From assembly GCF_003334385.1 (NCBI RefSeq), contig NZ_QOWN01000003.1: 64,000 bases of DNA; one strand, given 5' to 3'. The translations under genes and the position numbers were made by a program. The DNA comes from Escherichia coli (GTDB taxonomy: Bacteria > Pseudomonadota > Gammaproteobacteria > Enterobacterales > Enterobacteriaceae). Below the pieces are notes generated by a model that was given only the letters and a program-made list of their open reading frames with translations, was not told the origin of the DNA and searched no databases. Positions 1-12,268 of this stretch are shown piece by piece. Within the stretch, counting starts at the first letter, position 1; every line of letters begins with the position of its first letter.

Positions 1-972
1 ATAAAGGCGGCAAAAATAACGTAGTCGCTGCCAGAAGGCGACGTGCCGATAGTCGGCGACGTTGGTCGGGCGTAGCGGGGCGATAATACGTGCGACGGTG
101 TAAACATCTGTTTGCGAACTGGCGAGCGCCGTCAGCAACTGTTCGAGAATTTCTCGTGTGGCACCTGGCGGTGAGGGCCAGTTGAGCAACATACGTCGCA
201 GGCTGGAGATGACACTGGTCATACGTAATTGCTGGTGGAGCAGCGCATTAAGGCGCGCGTTTTGCTGGCGAAAACGATAGTGGCTCCAGAAAGCCTGGAT
301 ACGCAGCAAATTCATGGTCAGTATCTGCCCAATCACCCCTTCATGTGCTGCACGAATGGCATCGGTTGTTTCAGGCTGCCAGAGTAAACTGGCATGTTCC
401 AGTAATCGGGCGTGCATGTTTTTCAATGCGGTTAAAAGGGCAGTAGCATCGGAACTGCTCGGCAGGATCATCATCATCATGCCGCCGCACAAAATACCGA
501 CTATTACCTCGCAAACGCGCGCCTGAGCGATATCCCACAGCTGGCTGGCCTCAGTAATATTAACCATCGGAAAGGCGATGATGGCAGCCGTGTAGCCCGC
601 CAGTTGAAATGCATACGCGACGTTATTCGTGAAGTGCGCACAGGCCCAGGTACAAAAGCCAAGCCACGCCGACATGCTCAATAGAAAAAACCACGGCTCA
701 TTGAGCGTATGCCCGGCAAGAAGCAGTGCCGCAATGGCTCCGAGCAAACTGCCAGCGATGCGTCCGAGGCTTTTGCTGATAACACCGCCAACGGTGGGAA
801 AGCTAACCACTGCAGCCGAGGTCATCGCCCAATAGGGTTCATCCAGATTTAAATAATAGGCAACCGTCAGCGCCAGACACATGGCAATGGTATTGCGTAA
901 CGCATAACGCCATTGCGCCAGCGTGGCCCTGAACCAGGGCAAATTGCGCAAGGACCATGACGATGCGTTCAT
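1..972 (-). CDS. ydhK: AaeB-family efflux transporter YdhK, N-terminal ~324 codons only (gene runs past window start)
   Basis: Minus-strand frame open from 972 to position 1 (hand-translated; not in ORF track because no stop in window). Begins [30 protein letters not shown] (complement 970-972) overlaps ydhJ stop. Matches remembered YdhK and the ydhIJK operon position. Confidence 0.8.
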   Translation of the reverse strand, partial: MNASSWSLRNLPWFRATLAQWRYALRNTIAMCLALTVAYYLNLDEPYWAMTSAAVVSFPTVGGVISKSLGRIAGSLLGAIAALLLAGHTLNEPWFFLLSMSAWLGFCTWACAHFTNNVAYAFQLAGYTAAIIAFPMVNITEASQLWDIAQARVCEVIVGILCGGMMMMILPSSSDATALLTALKNMHARLLEHASLLWQPETTDAIRAAHEGVIGQILTMNLLRIQAFWSHYRFRQQNARLNALLHQQLRMTSVISSLRRMLLNWPSPPGATREILEQLLTALASSQTDVYTVARIIAPLRPTNVADYRHVAFWQRLRYFCRLY

Positions 973-1829
973 TATTGACCTACGGCAATGCTACAGGTGG
1001 TGCCCGACACCAACGTGACATCGCCTGGGACTTTATCCAGCGCAAAGCGGACGGGAACGCGTTGGGCGAGTCGAACCCAGGGGACGTTAGGTTTAACATC
1101 CGGAATAAGGCTTGAGTCACTTTCAACGCTCTGATCATAAATCGCCCGACCGATACTGGAAACGTGACCCTGTAACGTTTTGTTATCACTATAGAGGGTA
1201 ATTTGTGCTGGTGCACCTTCGCGGATATGGCGCAACTTGGTTTCTTCAAAATAACCAATGACGTAAAACGAGTGGCTGTCGACAAGGGCAAACAGCGGTT
1301 TCCCGGTATCAGCGTAATCGCCGATGCGGGTAGTAAGGTTAGTCACCCATCCACTCACCGGGGCGCGAATTTCCGTTTGCGCCAGTTGCCATTGTGCCTG
1401 TTTCAGCGTCGCCTGTGCGGCATCAACACTGGCCTGCATCGCTTTAACATTGAGGTTAGCGGTATCGAGTTCTTCGGCAGAAATAAAATTTTGTGAGAGA
1501 TGACGACGACGATTCGCTTCGTTATTGGCTTTTGCGAGGTCAGATTGCGCTTTCGCCAGCTGAGCCTGTGCGTTCAGCTCGGCGATCTGAAAGGGCGTTT
1601 TATCGATCGTGAGCAGAAGATCCCCCGCGTTAACCAGCTGGTTGTCTTTTATATTCAGCTCAACAATACGTCCCGACACCTGTGGGGTGATAGAAACCTG
1701 TTCTGCGCGTATTTTCCCGTCGCGTGTCCACGGAGATTGCATGTAATAATTCCACAGCCACCATCCGGCAAGAACCGCAACTACCGCTACAATGATTGTT
1801 GAGAAATACTTAATTGTTTTAATTGACAT
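972..1829 (-). CDS. ydhJ: HlyD/AaeA-family membrane fusion protein YdhJ
   Basis: ORF track 972..1871; start placed at internal Met (MSIKTIKYF...) giving 285 aa as in K-12. Coiled-coil, single N-terminal TM. Confidence 0.85.
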   Translation of the reverse strand: MSIKTIKYFSTIIVAVVAVLAGWWLWNYYMQSPWTRDGKIRAEQVSITPQVSGRIVELNIKDNQLVNAGDLLLTIDKTPFQIAELNAQAQLAKAQSDLAKANNEANRRRHLSQNFISAEELDTANLNVKAMQASVDAAQATLKQAQWQLAQTEIRAPVSGWVTNLTTRIGDYADTGKPLFALVDSHSFYVIGYFEETKLRHIREGAPAQITLYSDNKTLQGHVSSIGRAIYDQSVESDSSLIPDVKPNVPWVRLAQRVPVRFALDKVPGDVTLVSGTTCSIAVGQ

Positions 1830-1831
1830 AG

Positions 1832-2068
1832 TTACCACGCAATCAGTATTGCCAGAGCAAGGCAAACGCAAATCGCAAACAGCGATAAATCCATTAACAA
1901 GGGATGCCAGATGTCACCGGCGTAGATCCAGCCACGAAGCAGGCGGTGTACGACAAGCCAGATGACGAATCCAAACGCGAATGCTTTGAAAAACGGAGGA
2001 AAGTAGACGGACGCACCGAACACCAGATCTTGTAAGGGCAATCCTGTTGCATTGAGCATAAACTTCAC
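1832..2068 (-). CDS. ydhI: DUF1656 small inner-membrane protein YdhI
   Basis: 78-aa ORF ([15 protein letters not shown]...), hydrophobic, directly upstream of ydhJ. Confidence 0.85.
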
Positions 2069-2262
2069 AAAGTAGATTCCTTTACGACCGAATATATTGC
2101 GTTAGATTAATAAATATTCTTTAAGTGCGAAAAATTTACGCGCAATTTCTGAAAAATATGTCTGACGGTAACCAAATGCAGCAATACATTTGTTTTAGCA
2201 ATACAATTGCTGCACACTATTCTAAAAGCCGCATAATATCTTAGCAAGCTAATTATAAGGAG

Positions 2263-2703
2263 ATGAAATTGGAATCGCCACTAGGTTCTGATCTGGCACG
2301 GTTGGTGCGCATATGGCGTGCTCTGATAGACCATCGCCTGAAACCGCTGGAGTTAACACAAACCCATTGGGTTACGTTACACAATATCCATCAGTTACCT
2401 CCAGACCAGTCGCAAATTCAACTGGCAAAAGCGATTGGCATCGAGCAGCCATCACTGGTCCGTACTCTGGACCAACTGGAAGAAAAAGGGTTAATTTCGC
2501 GTCAAACTTGTGCCAGCGATCGTCGGGCTAAACGTATTAAACTGACGGAAAAGGCAGAGCCGCTGATCAGCGAAATGGAAGCTGTTATTAACAAAACCCG
2601 CGCGGAAATATTACATGGCATCTCCGCAGAGGAACTGGAGCAACTGATTACGCTCATCGCAAAACTTGAGCATAATATCATTGAGTTACAGGCCAAAGGG
2701 TGA
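2263..2703 (+). CDS. slyA: MarR-family transcriptional regulator SlyA
   Basis: Translation ...[39 protein letters not shown]... matches SlyA. ATG at 2263 gives 146 aa; the K-12 annotation uses the TTG at 2269 (144 aa). Confidence 0.9.
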
Positions 2704-2749
2704 AATGAAGGGGGCGTGTGGTCAGTAACCTGACCACACGCAAACTTAT

Positions 2750-3217
2750 TTAGCGCGGAGAAACGGTCACCTGACTGCCATTGCTGGCCAGTACGACACG
2801 TTGGCCCGGAGAGAAACGAGTGTTGCCTTGTTTCTGTACCACCATGATGGTATTACCATCGTCTTTACGAATTTCCAGCTCGACACCCTGCGTTTTGTTC
2901 ATTGCACTCTGTACGCCCTGACCAGCTACGCCACCTGCAACAGCGCCTGCTGCAGTAGCCAGAGAACGCCCGGTTCCGCCACCAACAGTATTCCCCAGGA
3001 AACCACCAAGAACAGCACCGCCAATTGCACCGATAACGTTGGAATCATCACCGCCCTGAATCTGTACCGGACGTACGTTAACGATGGTGCCATAGCTGAC
3101 ATTCTGTACTTGTTTCGCTTCAGAAGCGGTATAAACATCCCCTGACAGGGTGTCGTTATTAACACAACCGACAAGAGACAGACCTACCATTGAAACAACC
3201 AATACGCGTTTAATCAT
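2750..3217 (-). CDS. slyB: Outer-membrane lipoprotein SlyB (glycine-rich)
   Basis: 155 aa, lipobox LVGC, Gly-rich (AIGGAVLGGFLGNTVGGGTG); matches SlyB. Confidence 0.9.
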   Translation of the reverse strand: MIKRVLVVSMVGLSLVGCVNNDTLSGDVYTASEAKQVQNVSYGTIVNVRPVQIQGGDDSNVIGAIGGAVLGGFLGNTVGGGTGRSLATAAGAVAGGVAGQGVQSAMNKTQGVELEIRKDDGNTIMVVQKQGNTRFSPGQRVVLASNGSQVTVSPR

Positions 3218-3490
3218 TGAAAAATCTCCTGTTCACCATGAAACGCCACGCAAGCATCCCTCATGGTCAAAGTATATGGCATATGTGAATCCATGGTTAC
3301 ATGTTCTACCAAATATGAGCAAATCATAATGAAAGTAGGATCAACCAATTATAAACAAAACATTCATGATGATTATTGATTTGAAGATAATGTTTTACTA
3401 CCAACGGTAAAAATCGGTCATTCCGCATGGTATTCACGAAAAGTTTATGTTTGAGTGGTGCGCAAACGTCAGATTGAAAAAGGATGAACT

Positions 3491-4600
3491 ATGAAATCGG
3501 GCCGCTTTATTGGCGTTATGTCAGGCACCAGCCTTGATGGTGTTGATGTTGTGTTGGCGACAATTGATGAACACCGGGTCGCACAGCTGGCAAGTTTGAG
3601 TTGGCCGATCCCGGTATCTCTGAAACAGGCTGTACTGGATATTTGCCAGGGCCAGCAGCTTACACTTTCGCAGTTTGGACAGCTTGATACTCAACTCGGG
3701 CGACTTTTTGCTGATGCGGTCAATGCCTTGCTTAAGGAACAAAATCTGCAGGCAAGAGATATAGTTGCGATCGGTTGTCACGGTCAAACCGTCTGGCATG
3801 AACCGACGGGCGTGGCACCACACACTTTACAGATTGGCGATAACAATCAAATTGTGGCACGCACCGGAATTACGGTTGTCGGTGATTTTCGCCGTCGCGA
3901 TATTGCCTTGGGAGGACAAGGCGCACCGCTGGTACCTGCGTTCCATCATGCGCTGCTGGCTCACCCAACCGAGCGACGAATGGTGCTCAATATTGGCGGC
4001 ATCGCCAATCTGTCACTGCTCATTCCTGGGCAGCCGGTTGGGGGCTACGATACCGGTCCTGGTAACATGCTGATGGATGCCTGGATCTGGCGTCAGGCCG
4101 GTAAACCTTACGATAAAGATGCCGAGTGGGCACGGGCGGGTAAAGTTATTCTCCCACTGCTGCAAAATATGCTCAGCGACCCGTATTTCTCGCAACCTGC
4201 ACCGAAAAGCACCGGACGCGAATACTTTAACTATGGTTGGCTGGAGCGCCATTTGCGCCATTTTCCGGGTGTTGATCCCCGAGATGTGCAGGCGACACTG
4301 GCAGAACTCACCGCCGTGACCATTTCTGAACAAGTTTTGTTGAGCGGTGGCTGCGAACGATTGATGGTATGTGGTGGAGGTAGTCGTAATCCGCTACTCA
4401 TGGCGCGTCTGGCGGCATTACTGCCAGGCACAGAAGTCACCACCACCGATGCCGTTGGCATTAGTGGCGATGACATGGAAGCATTGGCTTTCGCCTGGCT
4501 TGCCTGGCGGACGCTGGCGGGATTACCAGGAAATCTGCCTTCCGTCACTGGCGCAAGCCAGGAGACGGTACTGGGGGCTATTTTCCCCGCTAACCCGTGA
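3491..4600 (+). CDS. anmK: Anhydro-N-acetylmuramic acid kinase
   Basis: 369 aa [23 protein letters not shown]...; matches AnmK. Confidence 0.9.
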
Positions 4601-4697
4601 TATCAGAGTTAACTGAATTTTTCTTACCGCGTCTGCCGTTACACTTGGAACGTTAGGGAGGGCGTATTGCCCTCCAGACCAGGAAAGTCTTCGGGAT

Positions 4698-5027
4698 ATG
4701 ACTATGAAAAAACTGTTAATTATCATTTTGCCGGTCCTTCTCTCCGGCTGTAGCGCCTTTAATCAGCTGGTTGAGCGCATGCAAATCGATACGCTGGAAT
4801 ACCAGTGTGATGAAAAACCGTTGACGGTCAAACTGAATAATCCGCGCCAGGAGGTCAGTTTTGTTTACGATAATCAACTACTGCATCTCAAACAGGGCAT
4901 TTCAGCCTCTGGCGCGCGTTACACTGACGGAATCTATGTTTTCTGGTCGAAAGGCGATGAAGCGACTGTCTATAAACGCGACCGCATCGTCTTGAATAAC
5001 TGTCAGTTACAAAATCCACAGCGTTGA
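4698..5027 (+). CDS. mliC: Membrane-bound lysozyme inhibitor of C-type lysozyme (lipoprotein)
   Basis: 109 aa with lipobox LSGC; matches MliC (YdhA). Confidence 0.85.
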   Translation: MTMKKLLIIILPVLLSGCSAFNQLVERMQIDTLEYQCDEKPLTVKLNNPRQEVSFVYDNQLLHLKQGISASGARYTDGIYVFWSKGDEATVYKRDRIVLNNCQLQNPQR

Positions 5028-5085
5028 GATTTTTCCAGGGGCGGCGCACAATAGCGTCACCCACTGACAATCCGTAAAGAAAACC

Positions 5086-5742
5086 ATGTCTGATAACGAC
5101 GAATTGCAGCAAATCGCGCATCTGCGCCGTGAATACACCAAAGGCGGGTTACGCCGCCGCGATCTTCCCGCCGATCCATTAACCCTTTTTGAACGTTGGC
5201 TCTCTCAGGCTTGTGAAGCCAAACTGGCGGACCCTACCGCGATGGTGGTCGCTACCGTGGATGAACATGGTCAGCCTTATCAGCGCATCGTTTTACTCAA
5301 ACATTACGACGAAAAAGGCATGGTGTTTTACACCAACCTCGGCAGCCGTAAAGCACATCAAATCGAAAATAATCCGCGCGTTAGCCTGCTGTTCCCGTGG
5401 CATACCCTTGAGCGCCAGGTGATGGTGATCGGTAAAGCAGAACGACTTTCGACTCTCGAAGTGATGAAATATTTTCATAGCCGCCCGCGTGATAGCCAGA
5501 TTGGTGCATGGGTTTCGAAGCAGTCCAGTCGCATTTCTGCCCGCGGTATCCTTGAAAGTAAATTCCTGGAGCTGAAGCAGAAGTTTCAACAGGGCGAAGT
5601 GCCATTGCCGAGCTTTTGGGGCGGTTTTCGCGTCAGCCTTGAACAGATTGAGTTCTGGCAGGGTGGTGAGCATCGCCTGCATGACCGCTTTTTGTACCAG
5701 CGTGAAAATGATGCGTGGAAGATTGATCGTCTTGCACCCTGA
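5086..5742 (+). CDS. pdxH: Pyridoxine/pyridoxamine 5-phosphate oxidase
   Basis: 218 aa [39 protein letters not shown]...; matches PdxH. Confidence 0.92.
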
Positions 5743-5870
5743 AAAGATGCAAAAATCTTGCTTTAATCGCTGGTACTCCTGATTCTGGCACTTTATTCTA
5801 TGTCTCTTTCGCATCTGGCGAAAAGTCGTGTACCGGCAAAGGTGCAGTCGTTATATACATGGAGATTTTG

Positions 5871-7145
5871 ATGGCAAGCAGTAACTTGATTAAACAATTG
5901 CAAGAGCGGGGGCTGGTAGCCCAGGTGACGGACGAGGAAGCGTTAGCAGAGCGACTGGCGCAAGGCCCGATCGCGCTCTATTGCGGCTTCGATCCTACCG
6001 CTGACAGCTTGCATTTGGGGCATCTTGTTCCATTGTTATGCCTGAAACGCTTCCAGCAGGCGGGCCACAAGCCGGTTGCGCTGGTAGGCGGCGCGACGGG
6101 TCTGATTGGCGACCCGAGCTTCAAAGCTGCCGAGCGTAAGCTGAACACCGAAGAAACTGTTCAGGAGTGGGTGGACAAAATCCGTAAGCAGGTTGCCCCG
6201 TTCCTCGATTTCGACTGTGGAGAAAACTCTGCTATCGCGGCGAACAACTATGACTGGTTCGGCAATATGAATGTGCTGACCTTCCTGCGCGATATTGGCA
6301 AACACTTCTCCGTTAACCAGATGATCAACAAAGAAGCGGTTAAGCAGCGTCTCAACCGTGAAGATCAGGGGATTTCGTTCACTGAGTTTTCCTACAACCT
6401 GTTGCAGGGTTATGACTTCGCCTGTCTGAACAAACAGTACGGTGTGGTGCTGCAAATTGGTGGTTCTGACCAGTGGGGTAACATCACTTCTGGTATCGAC
6501 CTGACCCGTCGTCTGCATCAGAATCAGGTGTTTGGCCTGACCGTTCCGCTGATCACTAAAGCAGATGGCACCAAATTTGGTAAAACTGAAGGCGGCGCAG
6601 TCTGGTTGGATCCGAAGAAAACCAGCCCGTACAAATTCTACCAGTTCTGGATCAACACTGCGGATGCCGACGTTTACCGCTTCCTGAAGTTCTTCACCTT
6701 TATGAGCATTGAAGAGATCAACGCCCTGGAAGAAGAAGATAAAAACAGCGGTAAAGCACCGCGCGCCCAGTATGTACTGGCGGAGCAGGTGACTCGTCTG
6801 GTTCACGGTGAAGAAGGTTTACAGGCGGCAAAACGTATTACCGAATGCCTGTTCAGCGGTTCTTTGAGTGCGCTGAGTGAAGCGGACTTCGAACAGCTGG
6901 CGCAGGACGGCGTACCGATGGTTGAGATGGAAAAGGGCGCAGACCTGATGCAGGCACTGGTCGATTCTGAACTGCAACCTTCCCGTGGTCAGGCACGTAA
7001 AACTATCGCCTCCAATGCCATCACCATTAACGGTGAAAAACAGTCCGATCCTGAATACTTCTTTAAAGAAGAAGATCGTCTGTTTGGTCGTTTTACCTTA
7101 CTGCGTCGCGGTAAAAAGAATTACTGTCTGATTTGCTGGAAATAA
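5871..7145 (+). CDS. tyrS: Tyrosine--tRNA ligase
   Basis: ORF 5859..7145; start at [18 protein letters not shown] gives 424 aa; HIGH-type motif (HLGH) and KMSKS-like region present. Confidence 0.92.
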
Positions 7146-7160
7146 TGCATTAAGTGGAAA

Positions 7161-7192
7161 GGGGGAGTGAGAAATCACTCCCCCTGGTTTTT
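7161..7192 (+). terminator. Intrinsic terminator after tyrS
   Basis: GGGGGAGTGA-gaaa-TCACTCCCCC hairpin followed by TGGTTTTT. Confidence 0.75.
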
Positions 7193-7203
7193 ATACAGGG
7201 AAC

Positions 7204-8067
7204 ATGATGAAAAATATTCTCGCTATCCAGTCTCACGTTGTTTATGGTCATGCGGGTAACAGTGCGGCAGAGTTTCCGATGCGCCGCCTGGGCGCGAACG
7301 TCTGGCCGCTGAACACCGTTCAATTTTCTAATCACACCCAATACGGCAAATGGACTGGCTGCGTGATGCCGCCCAGCCATTTAACCGAAATTGTGCAAGG
7401 CATTGCCGCCATTGATAAATTACACACCTGTGATGCCGTATTAAGTGGCTATCTGGGATCGGCGGAGCAGGGTGAACATATCCTCGGTATCGTCCGTCAG
7501 GTGAAAGCCGCGAATCCGCAGGCGAAATATTTTTGCGATCCGGTAATGGGTCATCCGGAAAAAGGCTGTATCGTTGCACCGGGTGTCGCAGAGTTTCATG
7601 TGCGGCACGGTTTGCCTGCCAGCGATATCATTGCGCCAAATCTGGTTGAGCTGGAAATACTCTGTGAGCATGCGGTAAATAACGTCGAAGAAGCGGTTCT
7701 GGCAGCGCGCGAACTCATTGCGCAAGGGCCACAAATTGTGTTGGTTAAACACCTGGCGCGAGCTGGCTACAGCCGTGACCGTTTTGAAATGCTGCTGGTC
7801 ACCGCCGATGAAGCCTGGCATATCAGCCGTCCGCTGGTGGATTTTGGTATGCGCCAGCCGGTAGGTGTTGGTGATGTGACGAGCGGTTTACTGCTGGTGA
7901 AACTGCTTCAGGGGGCAACGCTGCAGGAGGCGCTGGAACATGTGACCGCTGCAGTCTACGAAATCATGGTGACCACCAAAGCAATGCAGGAATATGAGCT
8001 GCAAGTGGTGGCTGCTCAGGATCGTATTGCCAAACCAGAACATTACTTCAGCGCAACAAAGCTCTGA
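7204..8067 (+). CDS. pdxY: Pyridoxal kinase 2
   Basis: 287 aa [30 protein letters not shown]...; matches PdxY. Confidence 0.9.
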   Translation: MMKNILAIQSHVVYGHAGNSAAEFPMRRLGANVWPLNTVQFSNHTQYGKWTGCVMPPSHLTEIVQGIAAIDKLHTCDAVLSGYLGSAEQGEHILGIVRQVKAANPQAKYFCDPVMGHPEKGCIVAPGVAEFHVRHGLPASDIIAPNLVELEILCEHAVNNVEEAVLAARELIAQGPQIVLVKHLARAGYSRDRFEMLLVTADEAWHISRPLVDFGMRQPVGVGDVTSGLLLVKLLQGATLQEALEHVTAAVYEIMVTTKAMQEYELQVVAAQDRIAKPEHYFSATKL

Positions 8068-8110
8068 AATATCTCATTTCGGCCCACAACGACCTGTGGG
8101 CCGATGGCTA

Positions 8111-8716
8111 TTACTTTAAGCCTTCCGCTGACAGCGCGTCTTGTACTTCCGGACGTTCAGCCATACGTTGCATAAATGCTGCAATGTGCTCTAACCCTTC
8201 CAGATTCAGTTTCACCGCGTATGCCCAGCGCAGAACCGTAAACAGATAGGCATCAGCAATTGTAAATCTTTGCCCGCAGATCCAGTGCTCATCCTTCAGT
8301 GCCTCGTTCACATATTGCAGCTTCTTCTCCAGCTGCGCGCGAACTGTCGGTTTGTACTCTTCCGGTGTATCAGGGCGAAACAGAGGTGTGAAACCTTTAT
8401 GCAGCTCGGTGGCGATGTAATTCAGCCATTCGATGGTTTTATAGCGGGAAATACTGTTTACCGGTGCCAGCAACTGGCGGTCGGGGACGCTGTCGGCAAG
8501 ATACTGCATAATCGCTACGCCTTCCGTCAGCAAAGTACCGTCATCCAGCAGCAATGCAGGCACCTGCCCCTTAGGGTTAACGGCAAAGTAATCGTCACCG
8601 TTTTCGAGACGTTTTTTCATTAAATCCACACTGACGAGGGTAAAATCCTTTCCGCTCTCACGCAGGGTGATATGGGAAGCGAGAGAGCAGGCACCCGGTT
8701 TGTAGAACAATTTCAT
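8111..8716 (-). CDS. gstA: Glutathione S-transferase
   Basis: 201 aa [35 protein letters not shown]...; matches GstA. Confidence 0.9.
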
Positions 8717-8766
8717 CGGTAACTCCTTTTGTCTGTGGTTTAAAGTATGGTAGTGCGTTGCTGAAC

Positions 8767-8798
8767 AAAAAAAAAGCCGCTAACGAAAAGTTAGCGGC
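8767..8798 (-). terminator. Intrinsic terminator after dtpA
   Basis: On minus strand GCCGCTAAC-ttttc-GTTAGCGGC followed by a 9-nt U run, 24 nt past the dtpA stop. Confidence 0.75.
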
Positions 8799-8821
8799 TT
8801 GTAAAAGAGTTTCCCTGAATT

Positions 8822-10324
8822 TTACGCTACGGCTGCTTTCGCCGCTTTGTCTGCAGCGTCATCCTGCGTCATGCGGTGCAGTTTCGGCGCGGTCAGCAGC
8901 ATCAGTACTGCAATAACGGCAGTAGCGACACCAATCTGCAAGAATACGCGACCATAGACTTCCAGTGACATCAGCGGATCGGTAACGTTATCCGGCACAG
9001 CCATCATACCCGCAACATAACCACCAATCAGGTTTGCACCGGCAGTGGTCAGGAACCAGCTACCCATAATGAAGCCCATCAGACGCTGCGGAACGAGTTG
9101 AGCAACCATTGCCAGACCCAGACCAGAGATCATCAGTTCCCCGATGCTCTGCAGGCCATAGCTTGCGACCAGCCAGCTTACAGACACGATACCAGCGTCA
9201 GACGCGAATTTCGCACCCAGCGGCAGAATCAGGAACGCACCAGAACACATCACCATGCCGATTGCAAACTTGGTTGGCATCGGCAGGGTATCGCCCATCT
9301 TGTTATAGATAGCGGCCAGAATCGGACTACCGATGATGATCCAGAACGGGTTCAGTGCCTGATACTGCTCAGGTTCTACGGCCAGACCCAGAATGGAGTG
9401 CTCAACGTTACGAATCGCAAAGAAGTTCAGTGACGTTGGCATCTGGCTGTACAGCACGAAGAAGATAATGGCTTCGAGCATCAGGATGAAGGCAACGATC
9501 ATTTTACGACGCGCAGCACCTTTCATCGCGAAGGCTTCTTTACCGAAGATAACCACGATACCGAAGGCAACAACGCCCAGCGCCATACGCGCAACTTCCT
9601 GATTGTGCAGCAGCCAGGTGGCGATAGCGATCAGTGCCACAACACCAATAATGGTCAGCAGCAGGTTACGGTAGTTGATAGGCTCGAAGTCTGGTTTTGA
9701 ACCGTACTGTTTAACCCAGCGTTGGCAGAAGGCGAAGTTAACGATAGTGATCAGCAGGCCTACAACGCTCAACGCAAACGCAACACTCCAGCCGTATTTC
9801 GCGGCCAGCCACGGCGTAGCAATCATAGAGAAGAAAGAGCCGATGTTGACGGACATGTAGTACATGGTGAATGCACCGTCCAGACGCGGGTCGTTTTTCT
9901 CATAGCATGTAGAAAGCAGAGAAGACGGGTTAGCTTTAAACAGGCCGTTACCGACCGCAATAGCCGCCATACCCATATAAACGATACCGGCGTCGTGACC
10001 AGACCAGGCAACCAGAGCATAACCAATCGCCAGCACAATAGCGCCGAGCATAATTACGCGTTTAGTACCCAGTACCTTGTCACCTAACCAGCCGCCGATA
10101 GCGACCAGACCATAAACCAGGGCACTAAAGGAAGAGAAAAGGGTGATTGAATCCGCTTCAGACATACCCAGTTGTTTAACCAGGTAAACAGCCATAATTC
10201 CTTGTAGGCCGTAATAACCAAAACGTTCCCATAACTCAATCGAGAAGATGAGATAGAACGCCTTCGGTTGTTTGAAAGCGTTCAAACTGACGCTTTCAGT
10301 TGGTTTTTGGTTTGCAGTGGACAC
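8822..10324 (-). CDS. dtpA: Proton-dependent di/tripeptide permease (POT family)
   Basis: 500 aa [39 protein letters not shown]...; matches DtpA (TppB/YdgR). Confidence 0.92.
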   Translation of the reverse strand: MSTANQKPTESVSLNAFKQPKAFYLIFSIELWERFGYYGLQGIMAVYLVKQLGMSEADSITLFSSFSALVYGLVAIGGWLGDKVLGTKRVIMLGAIVLAIGYALVAWSGHDAGIVYMGMAAIAVGNGLFKANPSSLLSTCYEKNDPRLDGAFTMYYMSVNIGSFFSMIATPWLAAKYGWSVAFALSVVGLLITIVNFAFCQRWVKQYGSKPDFEPINYRNLLLTIIGVVALIAIATWLLHNQEVARMALGVVAFGIVVIFGKEAFAMKGAARRKMIVAFILMLEAIIFFVLYSQMPTSLNFFAIRNVEHSILGLAVEPEQYQALNPFWIIIGSPILAAIYNKMGDTLPMPTKFAIGMVMCSGAFLILPLGAKFASDAGIVSVSWLVASYGLQSIGELMISGLGLAMVAQLVPQRLMGFIMGSWFLTTAGANLIGGYVAGMMAVPDNVTDPLMSLEVYGRVFLQIGVATAVIAVLMLLTAPKLHRMTQDDAADKAAKAAVA

Positions 10325-10908
10325 TTTTACCTCTTTTTTTACATCCCATATTAACGGGGGTGCTTTCTCGCGTTATGTATAAAAAACATACGCGCAATTG
10401 TTATAGTGGGAGGGGAAACGGCAGGTAATGTTCACTATCTTGCACTTTCAGACAAGTCCTTTGTAATAATCTGTTACATATAACTGAGGCGGGGAATTCA
10501 ACCATTCCGGGAAATGTTATCCAGCGTTAAATTTTTCAAAAAACGTAACGGCAGATTTTTTCACTGCACTGAGAGGGGGGTGATGGCTTAACGGCGATAT
10601 GTTCTGCTATTTAGCGTTTTTACTAGTGAGATAGTCCAGTTTCTGAAAAATAGCCAGTGTAATGTTTTGTAGGTCAATATTTGTTGCGTGTGTAAATTTA
10701 AATGATTTTAACCTGATTCTTGCAATGTTTTTACATTGCGACAGCATCGTGATCTTGATCACGAATGAATAGAAAATTTCGCTATTAAAAAAACAATTAA
10801 CCTGCATTTTTGGTTATCCGCAAACGGATTACCTGATGATAACGCTAAGCAATGGCATCATTGACGTTAAAAAGATGTTTTAAAAGAGGATAAAGAAAGG
10901 TTATCAAT

Positions 10909-10934
10909 GGGGTAATCGGTGTTACCCCTTTTCT
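10909..10934 (+). terminator. Hairpin with downstream T-run at the 3-prime flank of nth (plus-strand orientation favoured)
   Basis: GGGGTAA-tcggtg-TTACCCC followed by TTTTCTTC on the plus strand; on the minus strand the U-run is less direct. May serve nth or a plus-strand transcript from the dtpA upstream region. Confidence 0.35.
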
Positions 10935-11570
10935 TCAGATGTCAACTTTCTCTTTGTATTCACAAAGATCTTCAATAATACAAGAGCCACAGCGGGGCTT
11001 GCGGGCAATGCAGGTATAACGCCCGTGCAGGATCAACCAATGGTGGCAGTCGACTTTAAACTCTGCTGGAACCACTTTCAGTAGCTTTTCTTCTACCTGT
11101 TCGACGTTTTTCCCCGGCGCAAATTGAGTACGATTACAAACGCGGAAAATGTGCGTGTCGACAGCAATAGTCGGCCAGCCGAATGCAGTGTTTAATACGA
11201 CGTTGGCTGTTTTACGACCTACGCCGGGCAGGGCTTCAAGCGCAGCACGATCTTCCGGAACCTCGCCATTATGCTGCTCCAGCAAGATACGGCAGGTTTT
11301 GATGATATTTTCTGCTTTGCTGTTATAAAGCCCAATCGTTTTGATATAGGTTTTCACCCCTTCAACGCCCAGTTCAAGCATCGCTGCAGGCGTATTCGCC
11401 ACCGGGTAGAGTTTCGCCGTCGCCTTATTAACACTGACATCGGTCGCCTGAGCGGAAAGCAGTACGGCAATCAGCAATTCAAAAGGCGAACTGAAATTAA
11501 GCTCGGTGGTGGGATGAGGATTGTTCTCACGCAGGCGAGTGAGGATCTCCAGGCGTTTTGCTTTATTCAT
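10935..11570 (-). CDS. nth: Endonuclease III (DNA glycosylase/AP lyase)
   Basis: 211 aa [44 protein letters not shown]... with C-terminal 4Fe-4S Cys cluster; matches Nth. Confidence 0.92.
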   Translation of the reverse strand: MNKAKRLEILTRLRENNPHPTTELNFSSPFELLIAVLLSAQATDVSVNKATAKLYPVANTPAAMLELGVEGVKTYIKTIGLYNSKAENIIKTCRILLEQHNGEVPEDRAALEALPGVGRKTANVVLNTAFGWPTIAVDTHIFRVCNRTQFAPGKNVEQVEEKLLKVVPAEFKVDCHHWLILHGRYTCIARKPRCGSCIIEDLCEYKEKVDI

Positions 11571-12265
11571 CAGACATTCCCTGTTTCACCGTTTGGCAAT
11601 GCACGTTCTGCAGCTGCTTCAGCACGGCGCTTTTTCATTCTTTCATCAATCAGGTATTTTCCTGCCAGCATCAGTCCCAGGCCAATAAATGCACCTGGTG
11701 GCAGCATCGCCAGCAGGAAAGGGGAGTCGGTGTGGAAAATCTCCACGCGTAATACTTTTGCCCAGCTACCTAACAGCGCATCTGCACCGTCAAACAATGT
11801 GCCATTGCCGATAATTTCGCGTAGTGAACCCAGCACGAACATGGCGCAGGTTGCGCCCATACCAATTGAAAAGCCGTCCAGTGCCGAAAGCGCCGGACCT
11901 TTTTTGGCGGCGAAGGCTTCAGCGCGGCCCACAACGATACAGTTAGTGACAATCAGCGGAATAAAAATCCCTAATGATTGATACAGGCCAAAGGCGTAGG
12001 CGTTGATCAGCATCTGTACAGCGCTGACCACCGAGGCGATGATCATCACGTAAATGGGAATGCGGATCTCGGCTGGCGTCCAGTGACGCAGCGTCGAAAT
12101 GGTCAGGTTGGTCAGCGTCAGTACCAGCGTAGTCGCAAGTCCTAAACCCAGAGCGTTAGTGGCAGTGGACGTGACCGCCAACAGAGGACAAAGGCCGAGC
12201 AACTGGACCAGCGCAGAGTTGTTTTTCCACAACCCCTGAACAATAACGTCTTTAATTTCGCTCAC
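11570..12265 (-). CDS. rsxE: Rsx/Rnf electron transport complex subunit E
   Basis: 231 aa polytopic membrane protein ([31 protein letters not shown]...); operon position. Confidence 0.9.
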   Translation of the reverse strand: MSEIKDVIVQGLWKNNSALVQLLGLCPLLAVTSTATNALGLGLATTLVLTLTNLTISTLRHWTPAEIRIPIYVMIIASVVSAVQMLINAYAFGLYQSLGIFIPLIVTNCIVVGRAEAFAAKKGPALSALDGFSIGMGATCAMFVLGSLREIIGNGTLFDGADALLGSWAKVLRVEIFHTDSPFLLAMLPPGAFIGLGLMLAGKYLIDERMKKRRAEAAAERALPNGETGNV

Positions 12266-12268
12266 GCT

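Noticed and set aside
6036-6806. 256-aa minus-strand ORF inside tyrS
   Set aside because: Antisense to tyrS, which is confidently identified; typical spurious long ORF in a GC-balanced gene.
10607-10807. 66-aa minus-strand ORF in the dtpA upstream spacer
   Set aside because: AT-rich, low-complexity translation (MQVNCFFNSEIFYSFVIKITML...), no Shine-Dalgarno; region is more likely promoter/UTR.
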